NCBI GenBank assembly: GCA_016215325.1
Contig: JACRJV010000026.1
Coordinates: 31,955-95,954, forward strand
Reading direction: 5' to 3'
Origin: Candidatus Uhrbacteria bacterium
GTDB lineage: Bacteria; Patescibacteriota; Patescibacteriia; JACRJV01
Length of the DNA stretch: 64,000 bases
Under the pieces are notes generated by a model. It saw only the letters and a program-made list of their open reading frames with translations. It was not told where the DNA came from and made no database searches. Positions 58,637-64,000 of the stretch are shown here, piece after piece. The position numbers were made by a program, and so were the translations under genes. Numbering within the stretch: the first letter of the stretch is position 1; each line of letters opens with the position of its first letter.

Positions 58637-59437
58637 TTAATTTTTCACCCGCGTTGTCCCTCTGGCGATTCTCCATTGAACAGCAACCACTGCCAAAATG
58701 ACCAGAGCAATCATACCGATATATTGCGACGGGGTCAAACCAAAATACCGTGCTTCTGGTAGTGCAATATCCGCAGCACGATTAAAATCGAGCGCAAACC
58801 GGGCCAGCCCCTTTAACGCGATAAACAAGAGCGCCACTGCTCCCGCCGAAAGTTTCTTCCGACTCAAAAAAAGGAACAAGGCGAAGATGGCTCCATCCGC
58901 GAGCGCCATCTCCAATCCCCCATCATGGCGAATCCCATCGGGGTAATTAACGCCGAGGAACAAACTGGTGAATTTTCCAGGATGATCATTGATGAAATAG
59001 CATCCAATGCGGCCGAACATGAGCCCCAGTGGCGCGGCAAACGCAAAGACATCCAGCCACTCAAGCGCTGGCAAACGGTGTCGGCGAATAAACCAATAAA
59101 CAAATAAACCAGCCCCAATAATCCCCCCGGTCGAACTCATCCCTCCGTCCCAAATCCTCACGATATCCCAGGGGTGCTCCCAAAAATAATCGGGCCGATA
59201 AAAAAAGATTTCAAACAACCGTGATCCAATGATACTGGAGAGCACAATCATCCCGGCTGCATCCCAAACGATTTTAGGATCCAATCCCACCGCGCGCGCT
59301 CTGCGCGCCGCGACAATCGTGCCAATCAAAAAACCAGCGGCAGCCATCGCTCCCCACACACTCAAGGTGATCGGTCCGAGTGGAACAGTAGTGAGTCCAA
59401 AATATGGGATCACACGGTCGTCGTTTAATGACAACAT
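58637..59437 (-). CDS. lgt: prolipoprotein diacylglyceryl transferase
   Basis: FGRIGCYFINDHPG (the Lgt GRxGN-type signature) with appropriate TM topology. Confidence 0.85.
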   Translation of the reverse strand: MLSLNDDRVIPYFGLTTVPLGPITLSVWGAMAAAGFLIGTIVAARRARAVGLDPKIVWDAAGMIVLSSIIGSRLFEIFFYRPDYFWEHPWDIVRIWDGGMSSTGGIIGAGLFVYWFIRRHRLPALEWLDVFAFAAPLGLMFGRIGCYFINDHPGKFTSLFLGVNYPDGIRHDGGLEMALADGAIFALFLFLSRKKLSAGAVALLFIALKGLARFALDFNRAADIALPEARYFGLTPSQYIGMIALVILAVVAVQWRIARGTTRVKN

Positions 59438-59910
59438 CAGAGTAGGCCGAGCCTCTGGAAGGCTTTTTCAAACTCATTGAGCGCCCCCTTCAGGCGCCCA
59501 CGGGGCATATCATGATGTTCATGCACAAGATCGTTGCGCACCTTGTGCGCCCACCAGACGTCTTTCAGCTCCGGGTATTTGTGCCCAGCGACCTTGAGTC
59601 GTTCTGCTAGCGTCGTACCCGGAAGCATCATGCTTTTAAGCAATTGGTCTAGCAGGCGATCCGATCGAATGACAGCCAGTTCCAGTTGATGGGGATCGTT
59701 AGAATTGCGCATCTGCTGGATATCCCCCCATTCTGCTTTCATACGCTGGCGGTCTTGTGGGTCATGCATGCGCTGCCGGAGCCAATGGCGCAACATCCGG
59801 AATGCGAAGGCAAAAACACTGATCACAAGGAGGATCAGGACCGCTGCCGCGAAGACCGCTTGGAAGGGAGTGAGTTCTATCATGGAATTCGTTGCTTGAG
59901 ATCGGAACAT
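59437..59910 (-). CDS. small membrane-anchored protein with HEPN-like Rx4H motif (ORF to 59997 runs into a repeat element)
   Basis: TM helix FQAVFAAAVLILLVISVFAFAF, then a helical domain with VRNDLVHEH (R-x4-H). Confidence 0.4.
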   Translation of the reverse strand: MFRSQATNSMIELTPFQAVFAAAVLILLVISVFAFAFRMLRHWLRQRMHDPQDRQRMKAEWGDIQQMRNSNDPHQLELAVIRSDRLLDQLLKSMMLPGTTLAERLKVAGHKYPELKDVWWAHKVRNDLVHEHHDMPRGRLKGALNEFEKAFQRLGLL

Positions 59911-59940
59911 GGTAATGAAAAATTGAAAATAGCGCCAAGA

Positions 59941-60004
59941 TCGTTCGTTCCCAATTTCTACGAACCATTCCCCATTACTAATTTCTATTTCCGACAACCA
60001 TTTT
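59941..60004. repeat. about 64-nt intergenic element homologous to 61871..61935 (downstream of gatA)
   Basis: attactaatttctatttccgacaaccattttctag aligns with attactattttctagtttccagcaaccattttctac, and shared cccaatYtct / ttccNNatt blocks lie upstream of both. Confidence 0.6.
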
Positions 60005-61558
60005 CTAGATCAATGGTTTTCTCAAATGCCACTCGGTTGCTTGCTCGTAGGCTGAACCAATCTGCAGCAATCGACCCTCATCAAAGTAATTGCCAACCAG
60101 TTGTAGGCCGATCGGGAGTTTATTTTTTGTAAACCCGCAGGGGACCACCAATCCTGGAACGCCTGCCACATTGAGCGTTACCGTAAACACATCCGCAAGA
60201 TACATTTGGAGGGGATCGTTTGATTTTTCGCCAATAGGGAACGCCGGCGTGGGGGTCGTTGGCGCTGCAATGCAATCCACTTCTTGGAATGCATTGATAA
60301 AATCTTGGCGGATCAACGTCCGAACCTTTTGCGCCTTGGCATAATAGGCATCGTAATACCCTGCCGATAGCGCATAGGTGCCAATCATGATGCGCCGGCG
60401 CACTTCCGGACCAAACCCTCGACCGCGCGAATCCCGATACACATCCAAAAGCGAAAATGACGGATGTTGCGCCAGGTATTCACGATCATTCTCTACCGAA
60501 TACCCATAGCGGATGCCATCATATCGAGCCACATCGGCGCTCACCTCGGACGGCACAATAATGTAATACACCGCCAGTCCATATTTTGTGTGCGGCAAAC
60601 TGATCGGCTTAATCTCGGCGCCCAAGTCCTTCAACTGATCAATGGCGGCGCGAACCGATTTTTCAATTTCAGCATCCATGCCTTCGATAAAATACTCGCG
60701 CGGAACGCCTACGCGCGTTCCGCGCAGATTTGAGATTTGAGACCCGCCTGCATCGCTATGCGAAGCATTGCGAGCAGATTTGAGATTTGAAATTTCTTTT
60801 TGTACGGTGACCGCATCTTTTGGGTCATGGCCAGCAATAGCTTCAAAGAGAATTTTTACATCTTCCACGGTTTTCCCAAGCGGAGCAATTTGATTGTGGC
60901 TTGCCGCCATGGGCATAAGGCCGTATCGTGAAACGCGCCCATACGTGGGCTTAAGCCCCACGATGCCACAGAAGGCCGCTGGTTGCCGGATCGATCCACC
61001 AGTATCAGACCCCAGCGCCGCAATGCACTGGTCCGCTGCCACCGCCGCTGCAGACCCACCCGAAGAACCTCCGGGCACGCGCGTGGTATCCCATGGATTG
61101 GCTGTTTTTTGGAACGCAGAATTTTCGGTAGACGCGCCCATGGCAAATTCGTCGCAATTGGTCTTGCCTAAAAATACACCGCCCGCCGCCCGCAACTTCT
61201 TAATCACGGTGGCATCGTAAACGCTCACATAATTGGCGAGAATCTTTGATGCCCCGGTCGCAAGATCACCGGCGATCAATATCACATCTTTAATCGCAAG
61301 AGGGATCCCATCCAGTACGCCCAGGCGCTTACCGGCCTTGATCCGTAAGTCGGATTCTTGGGCCTGTTGGAGAGCGTTCTGCGCGAATACAGTGATGAAG
61401 GCCTTGAGCTGTGGTTCGGTGCTCGCAATCCGATCTAGGCACGCTTGCGTCAACTCAACAGCGCTACACTCCCCGCAATTCAATCGATCAGAGGCCTGGG
61501 CAATGCTAAGCTCGTTGGGCAGGGGGTACCCGTTTTCATGAGGCATATCGTTATTCAA
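60005..61558 (-). CDS. gatA: Asp-tRNA(Asn)/Glu-tRNA(Gln) amidotransferase subunit A
   Basis: Amidase signature GGSSGGSAAAVAA and full-length GatA pattern. Confidence 0.9.
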   Translation of the reverse strand: MNNDMPHENGYPLPNELSIAQASDRLNCGECSAVELTQACLDRIASTEPQLKAFITVFAQNALQQAQESDLRIKAGKRLGVLDGIPLAIKDVILIAGDLATGASKILANYVSVYDATVIKKLRAAGGVFLGKTNCDEFAMGASTENSAFQKTANPWDTTRVPGGSSGGSAAAVAADQCIAALGSDTGGSIRQPAAFCGIVGLKPTYGRVSRYGLMPMAASHNQIAPLGKTVEDVKILFEAIAGHDPKDAVTVQKEISNLKSARNASHSDAGGSQISNLRGTRVGVPREYFIEGMDAEIEKSVRAAIDQLKDLGAEIKPISLPHTKYGLAVYYIIVPSEVSADVARYDGIRYGYSVENDREYLAQHPSFSLLDVYRDSRGRGFGPEVRRRIMIGTYALSAGYYDAYYAKAQKVRTLIRQDFINAFQEVDCIAAPTTPTPAFPIGEKSNDPLQMYLADVFTVTLNVAGVPGLVVPCGFTKNKLPIGLQLVGNYFDEGRLLQIGSAYEQATEWHLRKPLI

Positions 61559-61841
61559 AAACCGCTTTCACTTTCAACAAATTTCCTTCGTGTTGCGGGA
61601 ACTGATTGAGGATTCGTTGGTGCTCGTCAACATTGGCCAACTCAACGCGATCTTCGCGGGTAACATCCGTAAGGCCGGTCACTTGGCTCGTGGGCTCAAC
61701 GTTGCTCGTATCCACCTCTTTCAACTGCCCAACGTAATCCAAAATCGAGGAAAGCTGCCCACGGTAGAGCTCAACTTCTTCATCGGTCAAATGCAACCGT
61801 GCGAGGTTTGCAATCTTCTTGACTTCGTCTATATTCAACAT
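61551..61841 (-). CDS. gatC: Asp-tRNA(Asn)/Glu-tRNA(Gln) amidotransferase subunit C (ORF to 61880)
   Basis: The motif-containing N-terminus MLNIDEVKKIANLARLHLTDEEVE matches GatC, and the gene overlaps gatA by 8 bp. Confidence 0.85.
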   Translation of the reverse strand: MLNIDEVKKIANLARLHLTDEEVELYRGQLSSILDYVGQLKEVDTSNVEPTSQVTGLTDVTREDRVELANVDEHQRILNQFPQHEGNLLKVKAVFE

Positions 61842-61870
61842 AAGAATCGGATTAATGGGAGTCGGAAATT

Positions 61871-63998
<2,128 letters not shown>

Positions 63999-64000
63999 GT

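Overview
This 64 kb window is dense bacterial chromosome with about 70 genes, all but five on the minus strand. It has a Patescibacteria/CPR-like flavour: tandem T4SS-pilin-like (VirB2/TrbC-type) fusion proteins, many small membrane hypotheticals, Nudix and GNAT genes. GC is about 53%. Recognisable housekeeping genes include ligA, gatC/gatA, lgt, pdxS/pdxT, a malic enzyme, a class II fumarase/aspartase, pckA, dnaG-rpoD, tRNA-Asn(GUU) and tRNA-Ser(GGA), an Amt ammonium transporter, tspO and a GH15 glucoamylase-like enzyme. The most striking accessory features are: (1) an approximately 2 kb high-GC (about 60%, GC3-rich codons) island carrying a single membrane-anchored class III nucleotidyl cyclase, convergent with a 7TM receptor-like gene and sharing a bidirectional terminator with it; (2) two tandem paralogues with secreted T4SS-pilin-like N-terminal modules fused to different peptidoglycan-hydrolase-like domains (M15/LAS-like and 3D domain), directly upstream of dnaG-rpoD; (3) a GAF-ANTAR regulator upstream of amt (no glnK), with a textbook dual-hexaloop ANTAR RNA motif overlapping a terminator-like hairpin in the amt leader; (4) an approximately 1700 aa alpha-2-macroglobulin-family surface protein with a degenerate thioester site, translationally coupled to an exported MEMO1-family protein and next to a VanW protein; (5) an ECF sigma / anti-sigma / MacAB-like efflux / Gly-rich exported protein operon; (6) several recurring short sequence elements, namely a leader motif (ACATTAGAAATTGGGAAT-like) in front of at least five genes, homologous 64-nt elements flanking gatCA, and a hairpin-forming repeat in three copies around an ArsR-family gene with one copy inside tspO; (7) a RelE/Phd toxin-antitoxin pair with a palindromic promoter/operator. 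No CRISPR array, transposase or integrase was seen.
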